Translations under genes and position numbers: made by a program
From: Fidelibacterota bacterium
GTDB lineage: Bacteria > Fidelibacterota > Fidelibacteria > Fidelibacterales > DSDE01
NCBI GenBank assembly: GCA_046735395.1
Contig: JBJKQR010000063.1
Coordinates: 13,947 to 77,946 of the forward strand
Direction: 5' to 3'
DNA: 64,000 nt
The notes under the pieces: model-generated
The model's input: only the letters and a program-made list of their open reading frames with translations
Databases searched by the model: none
What the model was told of the DNA's origin: nothing
Shown here: one piece after another, positions 8,980 through 18,710 of the stretch
How positions within the stretch are numbered: position 1 is the stretch's first letter
Layout of the letters: the number at the start of each line of letters is the position of its first letter

Positions 8980-9963
8980 ATGAAGAATATTGTTGTGACC
9001 GGGGCAGCAGGCTTTATCGGAAGTCATCTGACTGAAACTCTCGTAAAAATGGGAATGAAGGTAAAAGCCTATGTACATTACAATTCAAATGGAAACACGG
9101 GAAATCTCCGTTTTTTACCGGCCGAAATTCAGAATGAGGTTGAAATCGTTTTCGGAAACATAGAAGATCCCTTTTCCGTCGAAAAGCTCATTCAGGGTGC
9201 GGACACGGTCCTTCACCTGGCTGCACTGATTGCCATCCCCTACTCCTATACTGCTCCCGGCAGTTATGTCAGCACAAATATCAGCGGGACTCTCAACGTG
9301 CTGGAGGCATGTAAAAAGTATGACGTGAGCAAGATGGTGCATACATCCACCAGTGAAACCTACGGTACCGCCCAATATACTCCCATCGATGAAAAGCATC
9401 CCATGCAGGGCCAGTCACCCTATTCAGCCAGCAAAATCGGGGCGGACAAAATAGCGGAGAGCTATTACCGATCCTTCAGCCTGCCTGTGGCCACCATCCG
9501 TCCCTTCAATACCTACGGACCCCGTCAATCCGCCCGAGCAGTCATTCCCACCATCATCAGCCAATTGCTGCAGAATACGGATAAACAGTTAAAATTAGGC
9601 GCTCTCACTCCGGTTCGGGACTTTAATTTTGTATCCGATACCGTGAACGGATTTATCCGGATTGCTGAAAATGAAAAATCCGTGGGAGAAGTCATCAATA
9701 TCGGTTCCGGAAAAGGAATTACAATCGGTGAAACTGCCCAGAAACTGATTGAGATGATAGATCCGGAATTTGAAATAAAACTGGACAGCATCCGGAAACG
9801 GCCGGAAAAAAGCGAAGTTTTCGAATTACTCTGTGACAATACGAAGGCAAGGGAATTGCTCGGCTGGAAACCGCTCACCTCTCTTGATGAGGGCCTGAAA
9901 CAAAGCATCGAATATATCCGGAACCATCCCGATTTCATTAATTCAACAATTTATAATATTTAG
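8980..9963 (+). CDS. NAD-dependent nucleotide-sugar 4,6-dehydratase (LegB-like)
   Basis: Motifs TGAAGFIGSHL, HLAALIAIPYSY, TSTSE.YG, QSPYSASK and RPFNTYGPRQSARAVIPTII. Confidence 0.85.
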   Translation: MKNIVVTGAAGFIGSHLTETLVKMGMKVKAYVHYNSNGNTGNLRFLPAEIQNEVEIVFGNIEDPFSVEKLIQGADTVLHLAALIAIPYSYTAPGSYVSTNISGTLNVLEACKKYDVSKMVHTSTSETYGTAQYTPIDEKHPMQGQSPYSASKIGADKIAESYYRSFSLPVATIRPFNTYGPRQSARAVIPTIISQLLQNTDKQLKLGALTPVRDFNFVSDTVNGFIRIAENEKSVGEVINIGSGKGITIGETAQKLIEMIDPEFEIKLDSIRKRPEKSEVFELLCDNTKARELLGWKPLTSLDEGLKQSIEYIRNHPDFINSTIYNI

Positions 9964-9974
9964 GGAAGACAGGC

Positions 9975-10688
9975 ATGCAGGTATTCATTTTAGCAGGCGG
10001 CAGGGGTACCCGGCTGAAACCGTACACCATAACCCTCCCCAAGCCGCTCGTACCTGTCGGGGATTATCCCATTCTGGAACTGATTATCAGACAGTTGAAA
10101 ACACATGATTTCAAGGAGTTTGTATTCGCCGTCGGCCACCACGCCCAATTAATTCAAAGTTATTTCGGCAGGGGTGAAAAACTGGATGTGGACATCCGCT
10201 ATTCATTGGAGGAAAAGCCACTGGGAACAGCCGGCCCCCTCTCACTGATCGACGGTTTTCAGGATAATTTTCTGGTCATGAATGCCGATGACCTGACAAA
10301 TCTGGATTACAGTGCCTTTTTCCGATATCATATTGATAACAAAGCGGATATAACAATTGCCACATACAAGAAAACACAGAAGGTGGATCTGGGCGTTCTG
10401 CAGCTGGATGAGAATGGCCTTCTGACCGATTATATAGAAAAACCGACCTACGACTTCAATGTCAGCATGGGTATTTATGCCTTCAATAAAAGTGTTCTTC
10501 AGTATATTCCGAAAAATGAATATTTCGATTTCCCGTCATTGATTAAAGTTCTGCTTCAGAAAAATAAAAAGATCCTCAGCTACGGACATGAGGGAATTTG
10601 GCTTGATATCGGCAGGCCGGAAGATTATGAAAAAGCCATCAGCGTCTTCAGCGAAAACCCGGACAAATTCATAGGATCCGATCTGTGA
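9975..10688 (+). CDS. Sugar-1-phosphate nucleotidyltransferase
   Basis: Motifs LAGGRGTRLKP.T..LPKPLVP, E.PLGTAG, EKP and WLDIG.PEDY. Confidence 0.88.
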   Translation: MQVFILAGGRGTRLKPYTITLPKPLVPVGDYPILELIIRQLKTHDFKEFVFAVGHHAQLIQSYFGRGEKLDVDIRYSLEEKPLGTAGPLSLIDGFQDNFLVMNADDLTNLDYSAFFRYHIDNKADITIATYKKTQKVDLGVLQLDENGLLTDYIEKPTYDFNVSMGIYAFNKSVLQYIPKNEYFDFPSLIKVLLQKNKKILSYGHEGIWLDIGRPEDYEKAISVFSENPDKFIGSDL

Positions 10689-11599
10689 CCAAAGTTCTCA
10701 TCACAGGAGCGAATGGCTATACCGCTCAATTTATGAGACAGTACCTGCAGAATTCCGGTACTGCGGAAGTCCTGTGTACGGATATGAATTCAAATAAGGG
10801 ATTGATTGATTACCGCATTGATCTGACGGAATTTGCAGATGTTCACCGGATTATAAATAAAGAACGGCCGGACATCATTATCCATCTGGCCGGACTGAAC
10901 CGGTCCCCCTCCTTCAAAGATTTTTACCGGGGAAATGTTTATCCCGTCATCAATATTCTGGAAAGTATAATTCAGGCGGATTTACCGGATACGCGCATTC
11001 TGACCATCAGTTCAGCAGCGGTTTATGGCAGAAATTCCGATCTGATCAGCGAAACAGCACCCACGAGCCCTGTGAATTGGTACGGGAGCAGCAAAGTTGC
11101 CATGGAAGCGGTCTGCAGGCAGTATGTAAACAGTCACGATCTGAAAATCAGCATCGCCAGAACCTTTAACATTCTCGGACCGGATCAGCCTGCGGACTTT
11201 GCCGTTGCATCCTTCGCGGATCAATTGACCCGGATCGGCCGGGGACTGGCGCCGAATACCCTGTCCACAGGTAATCTGGACACATTCCGTGATTTCATTG
11301 ATATCCGGGATGTGGTAAGTGCCTACTGGACCATCATCAACTCCAACGAGAGCTGCGGCACCTTTAATGTGGCCACGGGGCAGGCAGTCAGAATCCGTTC
11401 GGTACTGGACAGGTTAATTGAAATTTCTGGACTGCAGGTAAATATCGTACAGGATGAAAGCCGGATCAGAAAGAACGATATTCTGGTTCAGGATATTGAT
11501 AATTCAAAACTGAAAAGCCTGGGATGGTCGAGACAATTTTCCCTGGATCAGACCTTAAACGATCTGATGGCATCATTTAATGCGCGTTATCCGGCCTGA
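10685..11599 (+). CDS. NAD-dependent epimerase/4-keto-6-deoxysugar reductase (Rmd-like)
   Basis: Motifs ITGANGY, SSAAVYG, YGSSK, RTFN..GP.Q and GNLD..RDF.D.RDVV.AY. Confidence 0.78.
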   Translation: MTKVLITGANGYTAQFMRQYLQNSGTAEVLCTDMNSNKGLIDYRIDLTEFADVHRIINKERPDIIIHLAGLNRSPSFKDFYRGNVYPVINILESIIQADLPDTRILTISSAAVYGRNSDLISETAPTSPVNWYGSSKVAMEAVCRQYVNSHDLKISIARTFNILGPDQPADFAVASFADQLTRIGRGLAPNTLSTGNLDTFRDFIDIRDVVSAYWTIINSNESCGTFNVATGQAVRIRSVLDRLIEISGLQVNIVQDESRIRKNDILVQDIDNSKLKSLGWSRQFSLDQTLNDLMASFNARYPA

Positions 11600-12654
11600 T
11601 CGCCGGATGCCCCGACTTTATAATTTTCATCAACAAGATTCCGGATAAAGTCATCTCTCTTTGAAAGGCTGAAGGTGCTTTTCACTTCCCGGGAAATCGC
11701 TTCCGGAGAATAACTGGTCATTTCAAGTGCCTTGCGGAGCTGCGCTTCCGCTTCGTCGGCCGATTTTTGCCTGACTAAATATCCGTATTTTTCCGTCAGG
11801 GCCGTCATCCCCGAGACAGCGGACGTTACAGGAATGCAACCGGAAGCCAGAGCTTCTATGACAACTGTCGGCAACCCCTCATACAGGGAAAAAAGGGCGA
11901 AAACCTTTGATCTTGAATAAAGATCTATCAGATCCTCCTGATCCAGAAAACTGTAGCTGGTAACATTTTCCGGAAGCGCGGATTTTTCCTTCATGGAGTC
12001 GGAAAGTCCCACAATGACAAACTGAATTTCCGGCATGCGGGCCGCCACCTCCAGAAGCAGATCAAGGCCTTTCAGCATCATTCTCTTCTTCGTTCTGGCT
12101 ACAGCAACCGTCAGAACCATGTTCTCCTTCGGCCCCACCCGCCAGCTGTCCCGGATTGATGTGGGAAATACGGTATAATCAAATTTGCTGTTGACCAGTG
12201 TCGTCACACCGCTTTCAATTCGCTCATCCGGCAAAAATTTATTTTCATTATGGATAAGGCATTTGTCAACCGGTAACAGCCTATGAGCATATTTCATGCT
12301 GTTTACGACAAAATATTTCCGTATCCCCAGCGGTCCGTAAATATTCCCGATTCTGTATTTTTCGATATACTGACAGTCGCTCCCGCCCAATACGAGGTAA
12401 GTCTTAATCCCGAAAATTTTCCCGAACGCAATGGGCAGAAAGGAATGATAATCGGCGAACCAGATATAGATCAGATCACTGCCCGGCCCATTGACAAGAA
12501 GGAACAGGAATTGTCTGAAAATGTTCTTCAAAGCCCGGAAGAATGTGTCTGCCCTGAATTCAAAGTTCCTGACTCGGGAATACTTTTGAAACAGCTCTCT
12601 GTCAATTCTGACAAAAGATGAATCTGATGGAAAAATGAAAAGAACTTTCTTCAA
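11587..12654 (-). CDS. Glycosyltransferase family 4
   Basis: Motifs KGLDLL and EGLPTVVIEALASG (EX7E). Confidence 0.82.
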   Translation of the reverse strand: MKKVLFIFPSDSSFVRIDRELFQKYSRVRNFEFRADTFFRALKNIFRQFLFLLVNGPGSDLIYIWFADYHSFLPIAFGKIFGIKTYLVLGGSDCQYIEKYRIGNIYGPLGIRKYFVVNSMKYAHRLLPVDKCLIHNENKFLPDERIESGVTTLVNSKFDYTVFPTSIRDSWRVGPKENMVLTVAVARTKKRMMLKGLDLLLEVAARMPEIQFVIVGLSDSMKEKSALPENVTSYSFLDQEDLIDLYSRSKVFALFSLYEGLPTVVIEALASGCIPVTSAVSGMTALTEKYGYLVRQKSADEAEAQLRKALEMTSYSPEAISREVKSTFSLSKRDDFIRNLVDENYKVGASGDQAG

Positions 12655-12762
12655 ATTAGACCTTCTGACAATGAGGTTGATTCGTTTTTTTATTTCTGGC
12701 CCTTCAAACTTCAGCAGTATAATCTTCGTTTCTGAAAAACCCGGTTTACCGCTCTCAGAATC

Positions 12763-13518
12763 TCATTTCTGTTCCAGCAATCCGAAGAGCACATGCCACA
12801 GATCCATGAAATCCGGTGTCTCCGGTTCCCGCGGATAGGTCATGGCATTCTTTTCCAGATGAAGGATTTTTGAGGGACGGTGAGAGAGCACCATGATGGA
12901 CGATCCGAGCAGAATGGCTTCCTGAACATTGTGCGTAATGAACAGGATGGTCGTCCGGAATTCCTGCCACAGCTGAACGAGTTCCTTCTGCAGGATGCGC
13001 CGTGTCTGGGCGTCCAGCGCTCCGAAGGGTTCATCCATCAGCAGAATGTCCGGATTCAGGGCCAGAGACCGGGCAATGGCCACACGCTGGCGCATGCCGC
13101 CGGACAGCTGATTCGGGTATGCATCCCGGAACTGGCTGAGATGAACGAGATCCAGAAATTTTTCAGCAATTTCCTGCCGTTCCGCCTGCGATGCGCCCAC
13201 TCTGTTCAGTTTCAGCGGATATACGATATTCTGCAGAACCGTCTTCCAGGGAAAGAGCTGATTGAAATCCTGAAACACCATGAGCCGATCGGGGCCAATC
13301 CCGGAAATCGGAGTCCCGTTCACCCGGATATCCCCGGAGTCCGGATTTTCAATACCCGAGATGCAGCGGATCAGCGTACTCTTTCCACAGCCGCTGGGGC
13401 CCAGAATGGTTAGGAAGCCCCCTTTCTCCAGGTTGAAATTGATGTTATTCAGTACATTCAGTTTTTCGCCGTTCAGCAGATAGGATTTATTGAGTCCCGA
13501 TACGGTCAGTCCTTCCAT
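12763..13518 (-). CDS. ABC transporter ATP-binding protein, NitT/TauT family
   Basis: Walker A GPSGCGKST, signature LSGGMRQR, and LLMDEPFGALDAQTR. Confidence 0.92.
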   Translation of the reverse strand: MEGLTVSGLNKSYLLNGEKLNVLNNINFNLEKGGFLTILGPSGCGKSTLIRCISGIENPDSGDIRVNGTPISGIGPDRLMVFQDFNQLFPWKTVLQNIVYPLKLNRVGASQAERQEIAEKFLDLVHLSQFRDAYPNQLSGGMRQRVAIARSLALNPDILLMDEPFGALDAQTRRILQKELVQLWQEFRTTILFITHNVQEAILLGSSIMVLSHRPSKILHLEKNAMTYPREPETPDFMDLWHVLFGLLEQK

Positions 13519-14321
13519 TATGCGCTCATCCCCCATTTTCTCACCGTATTTTTCTCAAGCAGGTTGAGAATGAGCTCATCCATAATGATTCCGATGATGA
13601 TCACGGCCACCAGGCCTGCAAAGACACTGGGGATTTCCATGAAATAGCGTGTCTTGTAAATGTACCAGCCGATTCCGCCGACCATACCGGCCGCTCCGAA
13701 TACCATTTCAGCAGATACCAGCGCGCGCCAGCTGCGGGCCCACGCGATCTTTATTCCGGAGAGAATGTAGGGAAAGGCATTCGGTACCATAACCGACCAG
13801 ACCAGTCTCACACCCTTCAGCCCCAGATTCCGCCCCAGCTCGATCTGTATTTTCGGTATGGATCGAAATCCGGCCAGGCTGTTCACGATGAGTGGCCAGA
13901 GAATGGAATGGACAATGATAATGATAATCGCCTGGGTTCCCAGCCCGAAAAGCAGCATTACAATGGGCAGCATGGCTATTCCCGGCAGCGGATGCATGAT
14001 GGATATCACCACCTCCAGAATGGCCTCCGTGGTCTTGGAAACCATGGCAAGAGCCGTCAGGCCGAAGGCAAGAATCATCCCGATGGTGATCCCGGTAAAA
14101 ATCATGTAAAGGCTGTAGCGGACATTTTTCAGGAGATCACCGTGAATTGAATTTGTCCACAGTGCTTTCATGACGCTGTGAAAGGGCGGCAGAAGCTGAC
14201 TGCCGCTCAGGGTAGGCCCGATTTCCCAGAGGAGAATAACCAGAATCAGAAAACTGCTCTTGATAATCCGGATCCGGATCCGGTCCTGCCGGGCCTGAAT
14301 GGTTTGAACATCATTTGCCAT
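13518..14321 (-). CDS. ABC transporter permease, NitT/TauT family
   Basis: TM segments with motifs PLPGIA.LP, P.AFPYILSG.KI.WA.SWR.LV.AE and GIG. Confidence 0.88.
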   Translation of the reverse strand: MANDVQTIQARQDRIRIRIIKSSFLILVILLWEIGPTLSGSQLLPPFHSVMKALWTNSIHGDLLKNVRYSLYMIFTGITIGMILAFGLTALAMVSKTTEAILEVVISIMHPLPGIAMLPIVMLLFGLGTQAIIIIIVHSILWPLIVNSLAGFRSIPKIQIELGRNLGLKGVRLVWSVMVPNAFPYILSGIKIAWARSWRALVSAEMVFGAAGMVGGIGWYIYKTRYFMEIPSVFAGLVAVIIIGIIMDELILNLLEKNTVRKWGMSA

Positions 14322-14323
14322 AT

Positions 14324-15277
14324 TTACTGCCACATCAGGTCTTTAACGGAATCCGTATTTTTCTCCACATAACCTGCATTATTCATAAAATCCAGGAATT
14401 TCAGAAGTCCTTTCGGTTCACCGCCGAAGGAAACGCCGCCCCAGTTGAGGTACTTGATCACAGTACTCCGGTCCAGTTTCAGTTCCGAAGCCAGAATGTC
14501 GACAACCGGATCTGAGCCTTCATTGACCAGATCAATGGCTTCCAGAAGAGCTTTGCGAAATGCGGTGAAGAGTTTGGGATTCCGTGCTTTCAGTTTCCCG
14601 GTCGCGGCAGTTACGAGAAAGGTAAAATCTCCGCCGAAGGCATCCCTGGAGGCATTGACGACCTGGTGAATACCGGGCGCCTCCAGTTCCTTGAAAATAA
14701 AGGGCGGGCTCGTAAAATGTCCGGTGATCTCCACTTTGTTCAGAAGGGCATTCACACCGTCCGGATGGGCCATGGCAATGATGCGGTCATCCAGGGCCTT
14801 GGGATTACCCAGCTGCTTTTCCGCCGCCATGGAAAGAAGAATATGCTGAATGCTGCCCGGACTGGGAAGGGCGATCTTCATATCCGGTGTAAAATCCGCC
14901 AGCGTCTTCACATCAGGATTATTTGTCTGCAGCCCCAGCGGCATTTCACAGAGAGGTGTGAGAATCTTGAAATCATAGCCCTTGGCCCAGGCAATGAGAA
15001 AAGGCGGAACTCCCATGGAACCGATATCAATGCTACCGGCAGCCATTCCCTCACGGATGGCGCCGCCGCTTCCGAGCTGAACCCACTCAACTTCCGCATC
15101 GGGATAATATTTTTTCAGAAGATCCATTTTTTCCATGATCATCAGCGGAGCATAGCCGAGGCCGAACTGCTTGGCGATGACAATGCGATTATCAGATGTC
15201 TTGCCGCAGGCCGACATCATCAGCAATGAAATCAACAGAATAAGTATGGAGCCCCTGGCACCGGTTAATCGTGACAT
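14324..15277 (-). CDS. ABC transporter substrate-binding lipoprotein, SsuA/TauA-like
   Basis: Lipobox LMMSAC; motifs QFGLGYAP, KIALPSPGSIQH and HFTSPPF; strong SD GGGAGG before ATG 15277. Confidence 0.82.
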   Translation of the reverse strand: MSRLTGARGSILILLISLLMMSACGKTSDNRIVIAKQFGLGYAPLMIMEKMDLLKKYYPDAEVEWVQLGSGGAIREGMAAGSIDIGSMGVPPFLIAWAKGYDFKILTPLCEMPLGLQTNNPDVKTLADFTPDMKIALPSPGSIQHILLSMAAEKQLGNPKALDDRIIAMAHPDGVNALLNKVEITGHFTSPPFIFKELEAPGIHQVVNASRDAFGGDFTFLVTAATGKLKARNPKLFTAFRKALLEAIDLVNEGSDPVVDILASELKLDRSTVIKYLNWGGVSFGGEPKGLLKFLDFMNNAGYVEKNTDSVKDLMWQ

Positions 15278-15320
15278 TTCTACCTCCCGTTTTCTTTTTC
15301 CTGCCTGATTCAGGACTGCT

Positions 15321-16373
15321 TCAGACCCGATATTCTCCTCCGTCATAGAAAATCTGATCATAATAGCGGATCGTTTTCCGTGTCGACCGGATCAGGGTCT
15401 GCTGAGCCATCAGCTGCTCCCGTGTGATATCACCGAGAATATAATCAACCGCCAGGCGCGGAATATTGACATTTTCCTGATGAACAAAGGTGGAAACCCG
15501 CGGGTTTATCTCCATGAGTTTGCCGCCCTTGAACTGAATATTGATAAAATAATCATAGTCTAATATACGGATAATTTCTTTTGCCATTTCCTGAAATTCA
15601 GGATTGCCCACCATCTGAAAATACATGGCCAGACCCGCTCTCATCTTTTCCCTTGTCTTGGTGAAACCCAGCAGAATCTCGCCCTTTTCACAGAAGGCAT
15701 CGTAGGTCACTTCCTCCCCTTCCATGAATTCGCAGACAAGCAGGTCGGGAAAACGGGCGCTGCGTGACAGAATTTCGTAGGAATCCTCCAGCGTCATGGT
15801 GCTTTCCTCAATGCGTTTTCCCAACAGGGATCCCAGTGGATCGCGGTCTTCGGCCAGGATCCGGAACCCACGTGAGCCCTTGCTCACAGCGGGTTTGAAG
15901 CACAGCTTGCGTTTCGGATATCCCAGATCCAGGGCCGCCTGCCGGAATTCGTCCGCTGTCTGCACCGAGATGACATCCGGCAGTTTTATGGAGCTTCCGG
16001 CAAAAGCCCGGTACATCAGCGCCTTGTCATCACAGGGCTGGACGCTGTCCTGACGGGCCATCAGCAGAGGCCGGCCACCGGCATAATCTGATTTATAATA
16101 GGGTGACAGGGCCATTACATCCGATGAACTCTGGGGAAACAGCAGGTCCACATCATAGCGTTCAGCAAGGTCAGCCAGAACATCAGGGTAGGATGGGTCG
16201 CTGCCGGCCGGAACGGTATGAAAGGCGTCGCAGAATGTCTTTCCGGCTGCCTCCGGGTTCATATCGGTTCCGATGATCTCCACTTCCGCGTCTTCCCTGT
16301 CCTTCAGGGCGTGAATCATGGTGATGGCACCGGGACAGCCTACCGTTGTCAGTAAAATTTTTATCTTTCTCAT
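15321..16373 (-). CDS. ATP-grasp ligase (PylC/CPS-like N-domain)
   Basis: Motifs IIGTDMN, CDDK, FKP.VSKGSRGF, EFMEGEE, INIQFK and MEINPR. Confidence 0.82.
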   Translation of the reverse strand: MRKIKILLTTVGCPGAITMIHALKDREDAEVEIIGTDMNPEAAGKTFCDAFHTVPAGSDPSYPDVLADLAERYDVDLLFPQSSSDVMALSPYYKSDYAGGRPLLMARQDSVQPCDDKALMYRAFAGSSIKLPDVISVQTADEFRQAALDLGYPKRKLCFKPAVSKGSRGFRILAEDRDPLGSLLGKRIEESTMTLEDSYEILSRSARFPDLLVCEFMEGEEVTYDAFCEKGEILLGFTKTREKMRAGLAMYFQMVGNPEFQEMAKEIIRILDYDYFINIQFKGGKLMEINPRVSTFVHQENVNIPRLAVDYILGDITREQLMAQQTLIRSTRKTIRYYDQIFYDGGEYRV

Positions 16374-17068
16374 TCTTCTTCCTTTCCGGTCACAAGGCTG
16401 CGGGAAGACGGTCCCATATTCATCAGCAGATCAATCACCGACAGACGCGGGATGAATTCACCCCACAGCTGCTTATAGGCATCAATCTGATCATCAAGAT
16501 AGGTCAGTGTGATTCCATTTTCCTTCAGCAAATTTTCATCGTTATAATCCCGTGCGCCACTCCCGCTCAGATAGATGTCCGCAGCTTCACTGCGGCACAA
16601 CTCAACAATGAGTTCGCTTTTGGCCGGGGGGGCATCCGTAATATCCGAAAGTCTGCGGATCCGGGTCCTCAGACCCAAATAGGCAACAGTTTCTTCGATA
16701 AAGGCAATATTCAGGGAAACAGGATCACCATGAGTCATGATAACTCTTTCGATCATGGGGAAAATGTCGGCATAAAAGGGGGCACGGGTATAGCTCATGC
16801 GGAGCGTCTGCAGATGCTTTTCCTTCCAGGAATCACTGCTGAAACTGACTTCTGTGTAGAGGGCCTTGCCCATAAGTCCTTTCGGCGTGGTAATGGGCAC
16901 CGACAGATAGATGGCTCCATTGGGCGTCTTGATCAGATTCCGGGCCGCCACACTCCTCCCCCGTGGAAACTGTACCGTATCCAGGATCACGAAAATATCA
17001 CTGTGGGCGATTTTCCGGAAATAGCCGATCCAGGGAAGATAATTGGGTTGGTGCATGGACAGAATCAT
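16370..17068 (-). CDS. WbqC family protein (second copy)
   Basis: Motifs HQPNYLPWIGYF.KI, LD.VQF, YLSG.GARDY and FIPRLSVIDLLMN. Confidence 0.88.
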   Translation of the reverse strand: MILSMHQPNYLPWIGYFRKIAHSDIFVILDTVQFPRGRSVAARNLIKTPNGAIYLSVPITTPKGLMGKALYTEVSFSSDSWKEKHLQTLRMSYTRAPFYADIFPMIERVIMTHGDPVSLNIAFIEETVAYLGLRTRIRRLSDITDAPPAKSELIVELCRSEAADIYLSGSGARDYNDENLLKENGITLTYLDDQIDAYKQLWGEFIPRLSVIDLLMNMGPSSRSLVTGKEEE

Positions 17069-18078
17069 AGATATTCCCCAGCCTCCAGTCTTCCCAGAAT
17101 GCTGCGGAATTCCTTTTTTTCGGCCAATTCCTCCGGATAGGAATTGAAGGGAAAAAGGGCAGGAAGTCCGCTTCTCAGCTGCAGCTCATAGTTCCATAAG
17201 GTCCGACAGCGTTCCTGAAGTGCATGAAGCACTTCCGCGGGATGACTGCACAGGTCCGCGTAGTCCACGGTCATCACATTGTCCGGATAGACCTCCGCCT
17301 GCCGACGGTAATATTTCCTGAGCAGAAAAACCTGGGCCGCGATCTGCTCCCGGGCCGGCAGATCCCGGATCTGTTCGTATTCCAGCGGTACATATGACCA
17401 CCAGATACGTTCATCACCATAATATTTTCTCCGGGCATTCAGAATACTGACAGCCGCATCCGCCGGATCTCTGCGGATATGAATAAAGAGTGTGCGGGGC
17501 ATTTCCTCGATAAACCGGCCCACGTGATACCCGGCCAGGATATTCTTTGCCACGAAGGGCCGGGAAAATTCGGCCTGAATATTCAGTATTATGAGCCGCA
17601 AGGTCTTCCAGTCAATGGAGGATTCAAGTTCTGAAGACCGGACGATATGGGACAGACTTCCCTTTTTCAGATGGTATTTCCAGAAATATCCGAATTCATG
17701 GATATCCCGGAGAGACTTCGTCGTGGCAAATTCTGACTGAAAATCACTGGACCCGGCCGAAGCCGACAGGTTTCGAAAGAGTTTCAGAGCGGTAAGCGGC
17801 GCCCGATAGAAGCGGGCATGAATATTATCGATATATGCGGCATCAATTCCCTGGGACAGCACCTGTGACAGGAGTGTGGTTCCGGAACGGGGAGCACCCA
17901 GTACATAAATAGCCGGATGGATCATCTGTTCCTGGTCGCGGTATAATGACTGCTCAAGCTCTGCCAGAGCATCATTCACCTGGTCCTGAAACTGCTCGTT
18001 CTCCCTGCTCTTGACGTATTTCCCGCGGCGCGAATCATAAAAATCGCTGAGTTTGTCAGGCTCGGAGCCTTGTTTCAT
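17065..18078 (-). CDS. PAPS-dependent sulfotransferase (second copy)
   Basis: Motifs GAPRSGTTLL, IHIRRDP.D.A.S and VDY.DLC..P. ATGA overlap with the deacetylase stop. Confidence 0.83.
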   Translation of the reverse strand: MKQGSEPDKLSDFYDSRRGKYVKSRENEQFQDQVNDALAELEQSLYRDQEQMIHPAIYVLGAPRSGTTLLSQVLSQGIDAAYIDNIHARFYRAPLTALKLFRNLSASAGSSDFQSEFATTKSLRDIHEFGYFWKYHLKKGSLSHIVRSSELESSIDWKTLRLIILNIQAEFSRPFVAKNILAGYHVGRFIEEMPRTLFIHIRRDPADAAVSILNARRKYYGDERIWWSYVPLEYEQIRDLPAREQIAAQVFLLRKYYRRQAEVYPDNVMTVDYADLCSHPAEVLHALQERCRTLWNYELQLRSGLPALFPFNSYPEELAEKKEFRSILGRLEAGEYL

Positions 18079-18710
18079 ATCAGCCACCGTATGACTTCGA
18101 AGGTCTCAGCATAGCCGTTTCCCCCGATCTGAACTCCACGCGTCCGGGCCAGCGACCGGATGAATTCGGAGGTCGCGTAATTTCGGGATTTCTGGGAATT
18201 ATAGGCTTCCAGCGCGTAAATTTTCTTATCTATATGCCGTTCTTCCAGCCGGACAAAACTCTGGGTCTGAAAGGTGAAATTATTCCAGGGAACCTCATAT
18301 CCGAGAAGCGTGGTCTGCTTGAAGGCCCGCAGTCCCTCCATGGCAACAGTATAATGATCCTGATGCGTGTCATGCACCGAAGGCATGAAGACCATATCCG
18401 GCTCCAGTTCCCGCTTCATCCGGACCATTTCCTCCAGCACATCCTGCCGGACATAGTTCAGCTTCCTGACCGTAAACCCGAAGATCAGCAAATTCTGCGG
18501 CGGGATATCCAGTCGCTTTGTGGCTTCCTTCACCTCGATTTCCAGAATATTTTCGGGCAGACCCGCCGGCACACTTTCCTTTGCCGTACTGAAGGCAGCA
18601 TAATAAACGTCAGCGCCTTCTTCATAAAATTTTGCGATACTGCCACCGCAGCCGAATTCACCGTCATCCGTATGCGGAGCCAGGATCAGGATGCGTTTTC
18701 TGTCTTTCAT
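18075..18710 (-). CDS. PIG-L/LmbE family N-deacetylase
   Basis: Metal motifs APHTDDGEFGCGG and THQDH; also Y.SQ and YAE.F. Confidence 0.88.
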   Translation of the reverse strand: MKDRKRILILAPHTDDGEFGCGGSIAKFYEEGADVYYAAFSTAKESVPAGLPENILEIEVKEATKRLDIPPQNLLIFGFTVRKLNYVRQDVLEEMVRMKRELEPDMVFMPSVHDTHQDHYTVAMEGLRAFKQTTLLGYEVPWNNFTFQTQSFVRLEERHIDKKIYALEAYNSQKSRNYATSEFIRSLARTRGVQIGGNGYAETFEVIRWLI

